Assembly: GCA_018660265.1 (NCBI GenBank)
Contig: JABJKS010000057.1
Location: 66,506 to 130,505 of the forward strand
Direction: 5' to 3'
From: Rhodospirillaceae bacterium
GTDB taxonomy: Bacteria > Pseudomonadota > Alphaproteobacteria > GCA-2731375
DNA length: 64,000 bases
The position numbers were made by a program, and so were the translations under genes. This document shows positions 51,144 through 62,450 of this stretch, piece by piece (the first letter of the stretch is position 1; the number at the start of each line of letters is the position of its first letter). The notes below the pieces were generated by a model. The model saw only the letters and a program-made list of their open reading frames with translations, was not told the DNA's origin and did not search any database.

Positions 51144-51226
51144 AGAATTAGAGATTGCCCGGCACGACAGTCGGGCAGGTTTATTGTTGCGTAAATGAGT
51201 AGCGTATAAGCCTCCCTGTTGAAACT

Positions 51227-51268
51227 GGGGTGCGGCCGTCCAAAATGGGCCCCCGCACCCCTTTTTTG
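51227..51268 (+). terminator. Rho-independent terminator of nrdJ
   Basis: GGGGTGCGG...CCGCACCCC stem followed by TTTTTTG. Confidence 0.7.
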
Positions 51269-51324
51269 TCCGATTTTCCTGCCATTGGGCGATTAACGCC
51301 TCGTTTAGGCAAATATTCTATGTT

Positions 51325-52509
51325 GTGGTCATGGCAAACATGGCGACAAAACCGGTTAAAAAAAGGGCACCCGAAGGGCGACTGCAGGTGCGCGAGGCCA
51401 GCAATGCCGAGCAGCGCCATAAAATACTGAAGTTCCGCAATCAGGTGATGGTTGATGAATTGGGTATTCAACCCGATGTCGCCCTCGATAAGGATCGCGC
51501 GGATCAGGCCGCCCGCGACAAAGCCTCCCGGCACCTGTTCCTCAGCTCGAACGGTGCCGTCGTCGGCTGTTTACGCCTCCATACCTCGGACATGATTGCC
51601 CCGACCCAGGACATGAGCCACATCTACGGCCTTGACGCTTTTGTGGATTTTTCGCCGAAATATCTTTCTTTTACAGATCACATGGTCATCGGCGAACGCT
51701 GGCGCGGCAGCCATGCGCCGGCTTTGATGACGGCAGCAGCCTTTAAATTGGCGCGCAGCGACGGGGCCCATTTCGATTTCACCTATTGCCCGCCGGCCCT
51801 TGTGGGATTGTACGAAAAAATCGGCTATCGCACCTATAGCAGCGAATATCTGGAGGCTGATGCGGGTCTGCAAATCCCCATGATCCTGGTGATGGACGAT
51901 ATCGACCATCTGCAGGCCATCAATTCACCTTTCGCCAAATTGGCAGTGATGCAAAAACCAGACCTGGGCGTTGCCAAGTGGTTTCACGCTAATTTTCCGG
52001 AGGCCGCAAATCGGCCCGTCAAAGCCCTGCGTGATGAGCAGAATTTGTGGCAGTACCTGACCCAGCAATTGCACCAAAACCCTCTGCACGGGGTGCCTCT
52101 GTTCGATGGCTTGTCCTACGATGAGGCGCGACGGTTTTTGCGCAACGCCACGACATTGGTGCTGCGCAGTGGAGACCGTCTGGCCCGCATCGACGCTATG
52201 AGCGATGAGGCCTTTGTCATGCTGTCTGGCAATGTAGAAGTCCGTGATCGTAACGGCGCGATCGTGGCACGTTTTGATAAGGGTGCCGTGGTAGGTGAAA
52301 TCGCCTATTTGGCAGCCATGCCGCGCACGGCGGAGATCGTGGTCACAAACGACGCTGAAGTCCTGGTGTTAACCCAGGCCACATTCAAAAACATCATGGC
52401 CAAGGATCCCGAAACGTCCAACAAACTGCTGTTTAATATGACCCTGATACTGGCCGAACGCCTGAAAGCTACGTCTCAGATTCTGTCCAACTATACCCAG
52501 GGCGCATAG
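51325..52509 (+). CDS. Fusion of a GNAT-family N-acyltransferase (Acetyltransf_5, OlsB/FeeM/LuxI-like) to a C-terminal cyclic-nucleotide-binding domain
   Basis: N-terminal ~230 aa carry HKILKFRNQVMVDELG and ...HLFLSSNGAVVGCLRL motifs typical of N-acyl amino-acid synthase / OlsB-type GNATs. The C-terminal ~120 aa form a CAP-type effector domain (GAVVGEIAYL...PRTAEIV). The start may be at 51331 or 51340. Confidence 0.7.
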   Translation: MVMANMATKPVKKRAPEGRLQVREASNAEQRHKILKFRNQVMVDELGIQPDVALDKDRADQAARDKASRHLFLSSNGAVVGCLRLHTSDMIAPTQDMSHIYGLDAFVDFSPKYLSFTDHMVIGERWRGSHAPALMTAAAFKLARSDGAHFDFTYCPPALVGLYEKIGYRTYSSEYLEADAGLQIPMILVMDDIDHLQAINSPFAKLAVMQKPDLGVAKWFHANFPEAANRPVKALRDEQNLWQYLTQQLHQNPLHGVPLFDGLSYDEARRFLRNATTLVLRSGDRLARIDAMSDEAFVMLSGNVEVRDRNGAIVARFDKGAVVGEIAYLAAMPRTAEIVVTNDAEVLVLTQATFKNIMAKDPETSNKLLFNMTLILAERLKATSQILSNYTQGA

Positions 52510-52526
52510 CCTGGCGCGGTACCGCG

Positions 52527-54332
52527 CTAATCTTCGGGCGCAGCCGGTTTCGGGGCTTCGGGCAACACGGTACGGATATGCAATTCCCGTAGATGCTTGC
52601 TATCTGCCGGTGCCGGTGCACCCATCATCAAATCCTGGGCCTGCTGGTTCATGGGGAACATGATGACCTCACGGATATTGGGCTCGTTCGCCAGCAACAT
52701 CACCATGCGGTCAATGCCAGGTGCGATGCCACCATGGGGCGGAGCACCGAATTTCAGGGCGCTGAGCATACCGCCGAAACGGTTTTCCACCTCCGAATTA
52801 TCATAGCCGGCGATCTCAAATGCCTTGTACATGATGTCAGGCAAATGGTTCCGAATGGCACCGGAGGCCAGCTCATCACCGTTGCAGACGATATCGTATT
52901 GATAGCCTAGAACCTCCAGGGGATCGTCGCCATTCAGGGCCTCAAGGCCACCCTGGGGCATGGAGAAGGGGTTGTGGGAGAAATCCAGCTTTTGCTCAGT
53001 CTCGCTCCACTCATACATGGGATAATCAACAATCCAGCAAAACCGGAAGGCATTCGGTTCAACCAACTCCAGATCCCGGCCTACCTTCAGGCGCGCCTGA
53101 CCTGCCAGGGCAGCGGCCTCACCTTCCTTGCCGGCGGCAAAGAACAGGCCGTCGCCATCACCAGAACCGGTCAGTTCCTTTAGCTTTGCCATGCGCTCAT
53201 CATCAAGGCGGTTGGCAATGGGGCCCTTACCGCCGCCATCGACGAAGCTGATCCAGCCCATGCCGGCAGCACCCTCGTCGCGGGCCCAGTCGTTCATCTT
53301 GTCAAAGAAGCTGCGGGGCCGTGCAGCGGCACCAGGAGCGGGAATGGCGCGCACGACGCCGCCGCCCGCCACCAATTTGGCGAATAGTTGGAAGTCCGAG
53401 CCGTCAAAGACTTCGCTGACATCGGAAATTTCCGTCGGGATCCGCAGATCCGGTTTGTCGTTACCGTATTTCAACATGGACTCGGCATATGGAATGCGCG
53501 GGAACGGCATGGGCGTGACCTCACCGCCATTGGCGAATTCCTCAAACACCCCGTGCATGACTGGTTCTACCGCCTGAAAAACGTCTTCCTGCTCGACAAA
53601 GCTCATTTCCAGATCAAGCTGATAAAACTCGCCCGGACTACGGTCGGCGCGGGCATCTTCATCCCGAAAACAAGGTGCGATCTGATAATAACGGTCAAAA
53701 CCGGCGATCATGGCCAACTGCTTGAACTGCTGCGGGGCCTGAGGTAGAGCATAGAATTGACCGGGGTGCAGGCGGGAGGGCACCAAAAAATCACGGGCAC
53801 CTTCAGGCGAGGATGCGGTCAAAATAGGTGTCTGGAAGTCAATAAAACCCTGCGCTTCCATACGCCTGCGGATGGATGAAATGATCTTGCTGCGCAGAAG
53901 GATATTGTCATGCATTGCAGGACGGCGCAGATCAAGGAAGCGATAACGCAAACGGGTTTCTTCGGGATAAATCTGATCGCCAAAGACCTGTAGCGGCAAT
54001 TCCTCTGCCGCTGAAAGCAGCTCCAGACCGGCGATCCGAATTTCGATCTCGCCCGTTGGCAGATCTTTGTTGATCGTCTCCGCCTCGCGCGCCAAAACCG
54101 CGCCGTCAATGCGCAGCACGCTTTCCGGACGGACCGCTTCCGCAGCGGCAAAATATTCGCTATCTGGCTCAATGACGCATTGGGTGACACCGTAATTATC
54201 CCGCAAATCAATGAACAGCAGGCCGCCATGGTCCCGCTTTCGGTGCACCCAGCCGGAAATTCTTGCGGTCTGGCCCACATCCGTCGAGCGCAGGGCGCCA
54301 CAGGTATGGCTACGATAAATATGCATGGTCAC
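52527..54332 (-). CDS. aspS: Aspartyl-tRNA synthetase
   Basis: Class II aaRS motifs. N-terminus [12 protein letters not shown]. The start is at 54332 or 54326. Confidence 0.9.
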   Translation of the reverse strand: MTMHIYRSHTCGALRSTDVGQTARISGWVHRKRDHGGLLFIDLRDNYGVTQCVIEPDSEYFAAAEAVRPESVLRIDGAVLAREAETINKDLPTGEIEIRIAGLELLSAAEELPLQVFGDQIYPEETRLRYRFLDLRRPAMHDNILLRSKIISSIRRRMEAQGFIDFQTPILTASSPEGARDFLVPSRLHPGQFYALPQAPQQFKQLAMIAGFDRYYQIAPCFRDEDARADRSPGEFYQLDLEMSFVEQEDVFQAVEPVMHGVFEEFANGGEVTPMPFPRIPYAESMLKYGNDKPDLRIPTEISDVSEVFDGSDFQLFAKLVAGGGVVRAIPAPGAAARPRSFFDKMNDWARDEGAAGMGWISFVDGGGKGPIANRLDDERMAKLKELTGSGDGDGLFFAAGKEGEAAALAGQARLKVGRDLELVEPNAFRFCWIVDYPMYEWSETEQKLDFSHNPFSMPQGGLEALNGDDPLEVLGYQYDIVCNGDELASGAIRNHLPDIMYKAFEIAGYDNSEVENRFGGMLSALKFGAPPHGGIAPGIDRMVMLLANEPNIREVIMFPMNQQAQDLMMGAPAPADSKHLRELHIRTVLPEAPKPAAPED

Positions 54333-54512
54333 GATCCCGTAGTTAAACTATTCAATTTGGATTGGCATTTTAATGGGTGCGGCGCGCCGTCTACGGCAGC
54401 GGCGCTAAACCGCACGGAACGGGCCAATTTGTCAAGGCCTAGCAAGGCGCACAGGCCCATTTTTCGGATTTAAAGCGGAACGAAAACTGTAGGGGCGACG
54501 GCGGGGCATAAA

Positions 54513-55700
54513 TTGTGTATAGCATGTCCCATGTCACCCATGCGTATTAATGAATTAATAGATGATAATGAGACTTTGGCCAGCTTTTGCGCCCAAATGT
54601 CCGCTTCACCCTATGTCACGATCGACACGGAATTTATCCGTGATCGAACCTATTGGCCACGCCTGTGCCTGGTGCAATTGGCCAATCATGATATAGCCCG
54701 TGCCATTGACCCCCTGGCCAAGGGTATAGACCTTTCGCCCCTGGCGGAACTTTTGGCCAATCAAAATGTCATCAAGGTTTTTCACGCTGCACGTCAGGAT
54801 GTGGAAATATTTGTCAACCAGAACGAGGTTGTCCCCTCGCCTATGTTCGATACACAGATCGCGGCCATGGTCTGTGGTTTTGGCGATTCCGTTGGTTACG
54901 ACCGTTTGGTGGAAAAGCTGGCCGGGGCCCGGGTTGATAAAGGTTCCCGCTTCACGGACTGGAGCCGGCGTCCATTGAGCGATAAGCAGATCGGTTACGC
55001 CCTTGATGATGTGACCCATCTGCTCTCTGTTTATGAAGCTCTTTGCCGCCAGTTGGAAAAATCCGACCGTGCCCTGTGGCTGGAGGAAGAGATGGCAGTG
55101 CTGACCAGCACTGAAACCTATATCCAATCACCGGATCAGGTCTGGAAACGGCTGAAAATTCGCAGCCGCAACCCGCAATATCTGGGCGTGGCAAAAGAAA
55201 TCGCCGCCTGGCGCGAGCGCGAGGCGCAGCGGCGCGATATGCCGCGCGGCCATATCCTCAAGGACGAGGCAATCCAGGAAATTGCCGCCGAGATGCCGGA
55301 AACAATCAACAATCTGGGCCGCCTACGATCCGTGTCAAAAGGTTTGGCGGAAGGCTCTGCCGGAAACGAAATTCTGACCGCCATCAAACGGGGCAAAAAC
55401 CTACCCAAGAATGAGGTGCCTCAACCGGCGGCGCAGGTTGTCCTGCCCCGTGGCCTGGGCCCGTTGATAGACCTGCTGAAAGTCCTGCTGAAGACCAATT
55501 GTGAAGCCCACGACGTGGCCCAGAAGCTGGTTGCCACGGTATCCGATTTGGAACGCATCGCGGCTGATGACAACGCGGATGTGTCCGCATTGCGTGGCTG
55601 GCGCAAGGAAATTTTCGGCAATGACGCCCTTGACCTGAAACACGGGCGCCTGGCCATGACGGCCAAGGGAAAACGGGTGGAATTGATTCGCACCGGCTGA
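54513..55700 (+). CDS. rnd: Ribonuclease D
   Basis: DEDDy 3'-5' exonuclease domain (VTIDTEFIRDRTYWPRLCLVQL) plus an HRDC domain. Confidence 0.85.
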   Translation: MCIACPMSPMRINELIDDNETLASFCAQMSASPYVTIDTEFIRDRTYWPRLCLVQLANHDIARAIDPLAKGIDLSPLAELLANQNVIKVFHAARQDVEIFVNQNEVVPSPMFDTQIAAMVCGFGDSVGYDRLVEKLAGARVDKGSRFTDWSRRPLSDKQIGYALDDVTHLLSVYEALCRQLEKSDRALWLEEEMAVLTSTETYIQSPDQVWKRLKIRSRNPQYLGVAKEIAAWREREAQRRDMPRGHILKDEAIQEIAAEMPETINNLGRLRSVSKGLAEGSAGNEILTAIKRGKNLPKNEVPQPAAQVVLPRGLGPLIDLLKVLLKTNCEAHDVAQKLVATVSDLERIAADDNADVSALRGWRKEIFGNDALDLKHGRLAMTAKGKRVELIRTG

Positions 55701-55765
55701 ATTGTTAGGCTGAATTCACTTATGCCGGACTAGTCCGCAAATCGACCTATAATGGGGAGAGATTT

Positions 55766-56323
55766 ATGAATTCGGATAGTACAATACCAAAAGTATTAGG
55801 CATTCATCACAGCGCCTATCTATGCCGCGACGCCAAGGAAACCCGCGATTTCTATTGTGATGTCCTCGGCATGCGGATGCGGGCTGCATTGGCGATTGAA
55901 AAGCGCCCCGGCACGGACGTCGATTTGCGTTATATGCATCTGTTTTTCGAGATGGCCGATGGCAACTTCATAGCTTTCTTTGATCTGCCGGATACCGTCA
56001 AGCCGGATTATTTCTACCAAAAAGACAGTATGCAGGAATATCACTTCGCCTTTGAGGTGGAGGACCGCGCGGCGCTGGATCAATTTAAGGCACAGCTGGA
56101 AGCGCGGGGCTTGCCCGTAAGGGGGCCCATAGATCATGGTTTTGTCACCTCAATCTACTTCCATGATCCAAACGGCCTGCAACTGGAATTCACCATTCGT
56201 GAGGACCGCCATGAAGAGATCCTGGCGGAAGAGGAAGCCAATTCGGAAGATATCCTGGCCCGCTGGACAGCGGATACGGCTGCAATGAAAGCAGAACGCC
56301 TGCGCCCCACTGCAGCCGAATAG
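55766..56323 (+). CDS. VOC-family (glyoxalase/bleomycin-resistance/dioxygenase) protein
   Basis: Two beta-alpha-beta-beta-beta modules (HHSAYLCRDAKETRDFYCDVLGM...). Confidence 0.75.
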   Translation: MNSDSTIPKVLGIHHSAYLCRDAKETRDFYCDVLGMRMRAALAIEKRPGTDVDLRYMHLFFEMADGNFIAFFDLPDTVKPDYFYQKDSMQEYHFAFEVEDRAALDQFKAQLEARGLPVRGPIDHGFVTSIYFHDPNGLQLEFTIREDRHEEILAEEEANSEDILARWTADTAAMKAERLRPTAAE

Positions 56324-56363
56324 ATGTGGCTGAATAGGCGCGACTAAATAGCCTTTATTGGGA

Positions 56364-57908
56364 TCAGTCTGAGGTTACAACCGCCTTACGATCAAAACTG
56401 CGAGCCATGGCGGTCAGGCGTTTGCGGGCGGCCTCGCCTACAAGGCTGAGGTTCTCCGGTCTGCAGTGCAGGGTGATATCCCCGTTGTCCAAGGTCAGGC
56501 TGTATTGGGCCAGCAAATCCATAACGCCACCCGACAAGGTATGCGCCAGACGCAAGGCCTGGCCGACCTGACGTGACCAGAGCCTGTCCTCATCTTCAAT
56601 CAAATGACCATAACGCTCCACCCAGCGGCTATCGCGTTTGTGGGTATAACGAAAGCGAATGGCCAGTCCCAGCATGATCCGTTGGCGATGGTCCAGGCCG
56701 ATCAGGGGCGCGCGCAAAACATCAGCCATGGCATGATCGGGCCGTTCGTCAGGATGAATGCGCCAGCCGATATCGCTTAACAAGCCTGCCGCCAGGCGCA
56801 GGCGGCGATGAACTTCATCTTCATGAGGGAACAAAGGCGTCAGCCAATCCGTTAGTCTGGCCCCATCACCATGGCCGTGTCCAAGCCCCACATCAGAGTT
56901 CCGGGTGGAAGCAAGTGCGGCAAGCCGGCTAGAGGCTAAAAGAGGATCAGCGGCGCGTTGTTCCTGGCTGAGATGTTCCGACAACAGCCCTTCGCGCAGG
57001 CCATGGGCGGAAAATATCACCCGCTTCGCCCTGCACTTTAGCAACAGGCGGTCCAGTACACGGGCTGCCAATGCCAAAGTGTCCAACCGATCCTGTGGTG
57101 CCGCCTCAATGCTTTGCAAGCTTTCCAGACTTAAACCAGAGAACAACTGGCACATGGAGGCCACCCTTTGGCTGGGCAGGGTATATCCATGCAGAACCCG
57201 CAACGGATAACGGTTGCGGGTCATTTCCAATCGACCAAGGCTGCGCCAGGCACCACCGACGATGTATAAATCACCGTCCATGACATGGTCCATCCATCCG
57301 ACCTGATCAAGAATATCATCGATATGGCGATCCAGGGCCGCACTATCACCGGGATCAATCGCTGCCAGTCGCAAGGTGCCCAGGGGCAAGGATGTACGCT
57401 CCCCGACGCCATCGGGCTGCCCTGGATCCAGGTGGATCAATTCCAAACTGCCGCCGCCCAAGTCACCCACCAGACCGCGAACCCCCGGACTGGCGGCCAG
57501 CACCCCACGGGCCGATAGGCGCGCCTCTTCCCCGCCGCTTATGATCCGGACCGTAATACCGGTTTCCCGGCGGACCCGTTCCAGGAACGCATCACCATTG
57601 GCAGCCTCGCGCACCGCCGCCGTGGCGGCCGCATCTATGACGCCGACATTCATGGCCCGGGCCAGATAGGCAAAGCGGGCAATGGTATTAATGGTGCGGA
57701 TCATCGCGGCCTCGGATAAATCACCCCCCGCGCTCTGCCCGCGTCCCAAACCGCACATGGCTTTTTCATTGAACAAAGGCGGAGCGGCCAACGCAGTCGC
57801 GGGATAGACCACCATACGAACGGAGTTAGAGCCCACGTCGATCACCGCAAGGCGATCTTTCTGTCTTACATGCTCGATCACAGCGTTATTCCGGCCCAGT
57901 CCCATCAT
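56364..57908 (-). CDS. ppx: Ppx/GppA-family exopolyphosphatase
   Basis: ASKHA fold N-terminus ([15 protein letters not shown]) and a C-terminal HD-like region. Overlaps the end of ppk. Confidence 0.8.
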   Translation of the reverse strand: MMGLGRNNAVIEHVRQKDRLAVIDVGSNSVRMVVYPATALAAPPLFNEKAMCGLGRGQSAGGDLSEAAMIRTINTIARFAYLARAMNVGVIDAAATAAVREAANGDAFLERVRRETGITVRIISGGEEARLSARGVLAASPGVRGLVGDLGGGSLELIHLDPGQPDGVGERTSLPLGTLRLAAIDPGDSAALDRHIDDILDQVGWMDHVMDGDLYIVGGAWRSLGRLEMTRNRYPLRVLHGYTLPSQRVASMCQLFSGLSLESLQSIEAAPQDRLDTLALAARVLDRLLLKCRAKRVIFSAHGLREGLLSEHLSQEQRAADPLLASSRLAALASTRNSDVGLGHGHGDGARLTDWLTPLFPHEDEVHRRLRLAAGLLSDIGWRIHPDERPDHAMADVLRAPLIGLDHRQRIMLGLAIRFRYTHKRDSRWVERYGHLIEDEDRLWSRQVGQALRLAHTLSGGVMDLLAQYSLTLDNGDITLHCRPENLSLVGEAARKRLTAMARSFDRKAVVTSD

Positions 57909-60114
57909 TAGATCCGGCCCATTCCAGGGTTAGGCGTAGATCGGCGTTACCTTTTCGAAGGGCGCTACCACGGCCCGATAGACTGGGATTGGTCATGAAA
58001 TAGCGATGGGCCGAAAAATTCTCGCCCACGTCCACCACACGTTCATACTGGTCATCGGCATTAAGGGTCCAGCTTTGCATGCGATCATTGAAGTTGGCGA
58101 CCATGATCTGGCCCATGATCTGTTCCCGCACCGTTTCGTTTTCAATGGGCACCATGGCTTCCACCCGGCGGTCAAAATTACGCGGCATCCAATCGGCTGA
58201 TGAAATAAAGACCTTCGCCTCATCAGAGGGCAAACCATGCCCGGCACCAAAACAGGCAATGCGGCCATGCTCCAAAAACCGACCAACGATGCTTTTTACG
58301 GTGATGTTTTCCGACATGCCCGCGACGCCGGGCCGCAAACAGCAGATGCCGCGCACCACCAGGTCGACCTTTACCCCCGCGTTCGAGGCTTCATACAAGG
58401 TATCGATAATCTGGCTATCCACCAGTGAATTTAACTTGGCCCAAATGGCACCGGGCCGCCCTGCCTTTGCATGGGCGATCTCCTGCTCGATCAAGGATTG
58501 GATGGATTCGCGCAAACCATCGGGCGATATGACCAGCTTGTCGAAATATTTCGGCCGGGCATAACCGGTCAGATAGTTGAACAATCGCGCCGCGTCCGCG
58601 CCCAGGTCCGGGTCAGCGGTAAAAAACGACAAATCCGTATATATCCTGGCCGTCACGGGATGATAATTACCAGTGCCAAAATGGACATAGGTCAGCAGAT
58701 CTTCCCCCTCCCGCCGGGCCACGTATGACACCTTGGCGTGGGTTTTCAGATCCATGAAGCCATAGACCACATGCACGCCCGCGCGCTCCAAATCACGGGC
58801 CCATTTGATATTCGCCTCTTCGTCGAAGCGGGCCTTCAATTCCACCAAAGCCGTAACCGACTTGCCACTTTCCGCCGCCGCGATCAACGCCTTGACGATG
58901 GGACTATCATCGGACGTGCGATAGAGGGTCTGTTTGATAGCAATGACATCGGGATCATCTGCGGCTTGGGCTAAAAACTGCGCCACCACATCGAAACTCT
59001 CATAAGGGTGGTGAACCAAAATATCCTTGGCACGAATAGCGGCAAAGCAATCGCCCCCCAGCTCCCGTATTCGTTCCGGATAGCGGGGGTTATAGGGCTC
59101 AAACTTCAGATCAGGGCGATCATCAACGATCAATTGGGCTACATCAGCCAACCCCAGGGCGCCATCGATTGCCATCACTTCATGGCGACCGACATCCAGG
59201 TTTCGCGCCACGAACCGGCGCAGACCATCGGGCATATCGCCGTCTATCCATAGACTGATAACACTACCCCGACGACGGCGCTTCAGAGCGCTCTGGTAAA
59301 ACCGCACCAGATCCTCGGCCTCTTCCTCGACCTCAATATCGCTGTCTCGAATGACCCGAAACAGGCCGCGGCCTTCCGTGGTGTAGCCTGGAAACAATTG
59401 ATCCAGGAACAAGCCGACCAAATTCTCCAGGCTGATAAAGCGGATATCGGCACCTGGCAGGCGAACAAAACGCTCAACCATCTGCGGCAGGGGGACCAGG
59501 GCATTCATAAAGCTGTCGTCGGCATCCCGGCGCAATTGCAAAACCATGGCAAAACCAAGATTTTGGATAAAAGGAAACGGATGCGCCGGGTCGATAGCCA
59601 ATGGCGTGAGGACGGGAAATATTCGCTGCAGGAAATGCTGGGTTAGAAATTCCCGATCCTCGTCCGACAGGTCATCGGGGGAGACAAGGGTAATCCCCGC
59701 CAGGTCCAGTTCGTCAATCAGCTCCATCCAATAGCGACCCTGTTCGGCCATAATCCGGCCCGCTAATTCATTGATGGCGGCAAGTTGTTGCGCGGGCGTT
59801 CGCCCATCATCGCTGACCTGATCGATACCGGCCCGACGTTGGCCATGCAGGCCCGCCACGCGGACCATGTAAAACTCATCCAGATTGGTGGCCGAGATTG
59901 ACAGGAAACGCAACCGCTCCAACAAGGGATGGGCTGGATTGCGGGCCTCTTCCATCACACGTTGATTGAAGGCTAACCAGGATAGTTCGCGATTGATGTA
60001 GCGCTCACCCGGATCGGTCGGTTCGCTGGGTAACACCACCCCCCGTTCGCCGCCCCGTTCGCCGCCCTGTTCGCCGCTATCTTCTGCCTGCGACACTAAT
60101 TGTTCCTCCTGCAA
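57886..60114 (-). CDS. ppk: Polyphosphate kinase 1
   Basis: PPK1 N, H, C1 and C2 domains with PLD-like HKD motifs (...KTHAKVSYV...). The N-terminus carries a GGERGGERG tandem repeat. Confidence 0.9.
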   Translation of the reverse strand: MQEEQLVSQAEDSGEQGGERGGERGVVLPSEPTDPGERYINRELSWLAFNQRVMEEARNPAHPLLERLRFLSISATNLDEFYMVRVAGLHGQRRAGIDQVSDDGRTPAQQLAAINELAGRIMAEQGRYWMELIDELDLAGITLVSPDDLSDEDREFLTQHFLQRIFPVLTPLAIDPAHPFPFIQNLGFAMVLQLRRDADDSFMNALVPLPQMVERFVRLPGADIRFISLENLVGLFLDQLFPGYTTEGRGLFRVIRDSDIEVEEEAEDLVRFYQSALKRRRRGSVISLWIDGDMPDGLRRFVARNLDVGRHEVMAIDGALGLADVAQLIVDDRPDLKFEPYNPRYPERIRELGGDCFAAIRAKDILVHHPYESFDVVAQFLAQAADDPDVIAIKQTLYRTSDDSPIVKALIAAAESGKSVTALVELKARFDEEANIKWARDLERAGVHVVYGFMDLKTHAKVSYVARREGEDLLTYVHFGTGNYHPVTARIYTDLSFFTADPDLGADAARLFNYLTGYARPKYFDKLVISPDGLRESIQSLIEQEIAHAKAGRPGAIWAKLNSLVDSQIIDTLYEASNAGVKVDLVVRGICCLRPGVAGMSENITVKSIVGRFLEHGRIACFGAGHGLPSDEAKVFISSADWMPRNFDRRVEAMVPIENETVREQIMGQIMVANFNDRMQSWTLNADDQYERVVDVGENFSAHRYFMTNPSLSGRGSALRKGNADLRLTLEWAGSNDGTGPE
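60041..60076. repeat. 12-bp tandem repeat x3 (CCCCGTTCGCCG) inside the ppk 5' coding region
   Basis: Read directly from the sequence. It encodes the GGERGGERG peptide. Confidence 0.7.
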
Positions 60115-60121
60115 AGTATAA

Positions 60122-60592
60122 TTAGTTCACCCGCGTCCAGATTTGTGACTTGCCGAAAAGGGGCAGGCCCACATAACCCCGCACCTTCAACGTATCGGCG
60201 TCCAACAGGGACATGGTGCAGGAGTATGTCTCGCCATCTTCGGGGTTATAGATTGTGCCGTCGCCCCAGACACCTGCCTCGTCGCCGGGAACAAAGTTTG
60301 CCAATAACGGCAGGCCGACAATTGGGCGTGCCTGGAATGAAATGTCCGGATTATTGGCGTCGTGCTTTGGCTTGCCCTGATCATTAAGGGGTTCTTTCAG
60401 CCAAATGATGCGCCCGCACAATTTGCCTTCTTCTTCACAGTTTGAAATTTCAACATGGGATTTACCCCCTTCCGTCGACCAGACGCCGGTGACGGTGCCA
60501 GAGACGGTGCCAGAGACGGTGGTGGCAAACGCCGGCCCAAACTGCAAAAGCGTCACGAACAAAATCGCTGAAACTATGTGTTTAACCCACAT
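60122..60592 (-). CDS. DUF2147-domain secreted protein
   Basis: Signal peptide followed by the ...[10 protein letters not shown]... motif. The N-terminal [12 protein letters not shown] peptide is encoded by the 12-bp tandem repeat at 60486-60526. Confidence 0.65.
   Translation of the reverse strand: MWVKHIVSAILFVTLLQFGPAFATTVSGTVSGTVTGVWSTEGGKSHVEISNCEEEGKLCGRIIWLKEPLNDQGKPKHDANNPDISFQARPIVGLPLLANFVPGDEAGVWGDGTIYNPEDGETYSCTMSLLDADTLKVRGYVGLPLFGKSQIWTRVN
60486..60526. repeat. 12-bp tandem repeat x3 (GACGGTGCCAGA) in the DUF2147 gene
   Basis: Read directly from the sequence. Confidence 0.7.
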
Positions 60593-60603
60593 AAGCTATC
60601 CCC

Positions 60604-61329
60604 TTATTCCTGCGCATCAATCCCATCTTCTACATCTTTGACATCGGCTGGATCGGTCGCCAGGGCGGCACGGGCCAACGGCACGGTTATGGGTCGGTTT
60701 CCCGAAAGCGAGGCCTGATCCAACTGAACCACCGCCGCCTCCGCCGCCAGAAAAGACCTTTCTATCCTGGCTGCCAGATAGGTTAGCACGTCCTGGTTAA
60801 CGCGCACTTGCCGATCCGCAAACATTTTTGCCATGACCGCCAACAATAATTGGTCATCAGGGGCCTGGATACCGACACTAGGTGCCGCCAGCAAGCGGGA
60901 GCGTAGGTCGGGAAGCGCGATGGCCCACTGTTTTGGCGGTCTGCGGGCGGCCAACAGCAGATAACCACCCTGTTCTGCCAACAGATTGTATAGATGCAAT
61001 AGAGCCTCGTAAGCGTCAAAAGCATCCGCCATGCTCAGATCTGAAAAATCGATGGCGATGGCGCCTTGCGCCGCCAATTCCGGCACTGCATCACGGCATA
61101 AATCATCAGGCCCGATCAATCGCCCCTGGGCGGCATCGCACCACAAATGCGCCAAATGGGTTTTGCCGCAACTTTCAGGGCCATACAGCGACAAAACCGG
61201 ACTGGGCCAGTCAGGCCAACGATCCAGCCAGGCGACCGCATCACTATTGCTGTCCGTGACCAGAAAGTCTGCCCGCCCTTGGGCCCGGCGCACGGAAAGA
61301 TCCAGGGTCAGTTGCGGATGGGAATTCAC
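60604..61329 (-). CDS. hda: DnaA-related Hda/HdaA-like protein (regulatory inactivation of DnaA)
   Basis: Degenerate AAA+ P-loop LYGPESCGKTHLAHL, about 240 aa, DnaA domain-III-like. Confidence 0.7.
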   Translation of the reverse strand: MNSHPQLTLDLSVRRAQGRADFLVTDSNSDAVAWLDRWPDWPSPVLSLYGPESCGKTHLAHLWCDAAQGRLIGPDDLCRDAVPELAAQGAIAIDFSDLSMADAFDAYEALLHLYNLLAEQGGYLLLAARRPPKQWAIALPDLRSRLLAAPSVGIQAPDDQLLLAVMAKMFADRQVRVNQDVLTYLAARIERSFLAAEAAVVQLDQASLSGNRPITVPLARAALATDPADVKDVEDGIDAQE

Positions 61330-62450
61330 AATATTGACCCATCACCAGGCGGGTCATCGGCAGGCAATTTGCCGTCGGACAGCTCTGTGGGACCGCCATA
61401 CAGTTTGCTGCCCAGATAACTACTCAAGCCGAAACGAACCATGACGCCTATGGCAGCAGCCGCGGGAACGGCAATCAACACCCCGACGAAACCGAACAAG
61501 GCCCCGCCCGCCAACAGTGCAAACATAACCCAGACCGGATGCAGACCAATACGATCACCCAGCAGACGGGGGGTAAGGATATAACCCTCTAAAACCTGAC
61601 CAACCACAAATATCACCGCGATTATGCCTAGGCGCAGAAAATCCCCATCGGGCAGAAACTGTGTCAGGGCCGTCAACATGGACAGCACCAACCCTGTCGT
61701 GGCACCGACAAACGGTATAAACGAGACCAAACCGCTTAACAGGCCAATGATCAAGCCGAATTCCAGGCCGGCAAGGGTTAATCCCAGGCCATAGTAACTG
61801 GCCAGGATCAGGCAAACCGTGCCTTGGCCACGAATAAACCCGGCCATCACTTCATCAATTTCCGCCAACAGCCCCCGTACGGTTTTGGCGTGTTGACGGG
61901 GCAGCCAGCTGTTCAAGGCGGCAATCATATGGTCGAAATCCCGCAATAGATAAAATGCCACCACGGGTGTGATCACCAACAAGGTCAGAATATTGAACAA
62001 CGCCAGACCGCCGCTCCACGCCCGGCGCAGCAGTTGAAAGACGAAATTCACCGCATCGGCGGCCATTTCCTTTGCCGCATCGCCGGCGGAGGCGCCGACG
62101 TCCACCCCAAATTTCTGGCCCAATTCGGTGAGCAGAGGTAATGCGGTTTCCCGCAATCCAGCAATATAGCCAGGCAGACGGTCGGCAAAACCAAGGATCT
62201 GCGATTGCAGGATCGGCACCAGCAACAATGTCGCCAGAACCATCAAAACAAAAAACAGGATCACCACAAGCGAGGTCGCCAAGCCGCGCCCCAGGCCCCG
62301 CGCCTCTAGCTTATCCGTCGGGGGATCAAGAAAATAGGCCACCGCCATGCCAGCCACAAAAGGCAACAGGATCGAACTCAACAGCCAAACCAGGGCCAGC
62401 AACACCGCCAGCGAGATCAGCCAATAGCGAACCTGCTGTTGCGTGCTCAC
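61326..62450 (-). CDS. AI-2E (PerM/YdiK-like) family transporter
   Basis: About 8 TM helices. Conserved C-terminal region. 4-bp overlaps with both neighbouring genes. Confidence 0.8.
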   Translation of the reverse strand: MSTQQQVRYWLISLAVLLALVWLLSSILLPFVAGMAVAYFLDPPTDKLEARGLGRGLATSLVVILFFVLMVLATLLLVPILQSQILGFADRLPGYIAGLRETALPLLTELGQKFGVDVGASAGDAAKEMAADAVNFVFQLLRRAWSGGLALFNILTLLVITPVVAFYLLRDFDHMIAALNSWLPRQHAKTVRGLLAEIDEVMAGFIRGQGTVCLILASYYGLGLTLAGLEFGLIIGLLSGLVSFIPFVGATTGLVLSMLTALTQFLPDGDFLRLGIIAVIFVVGQVLEGYILTPRLLGDRIGLHPVWVMFALLAGGALFGFVGVLIAVPAAAAIGVMVRFGLSSYLGSKLYGGPTELSDGKLPADDPPGDGSIL

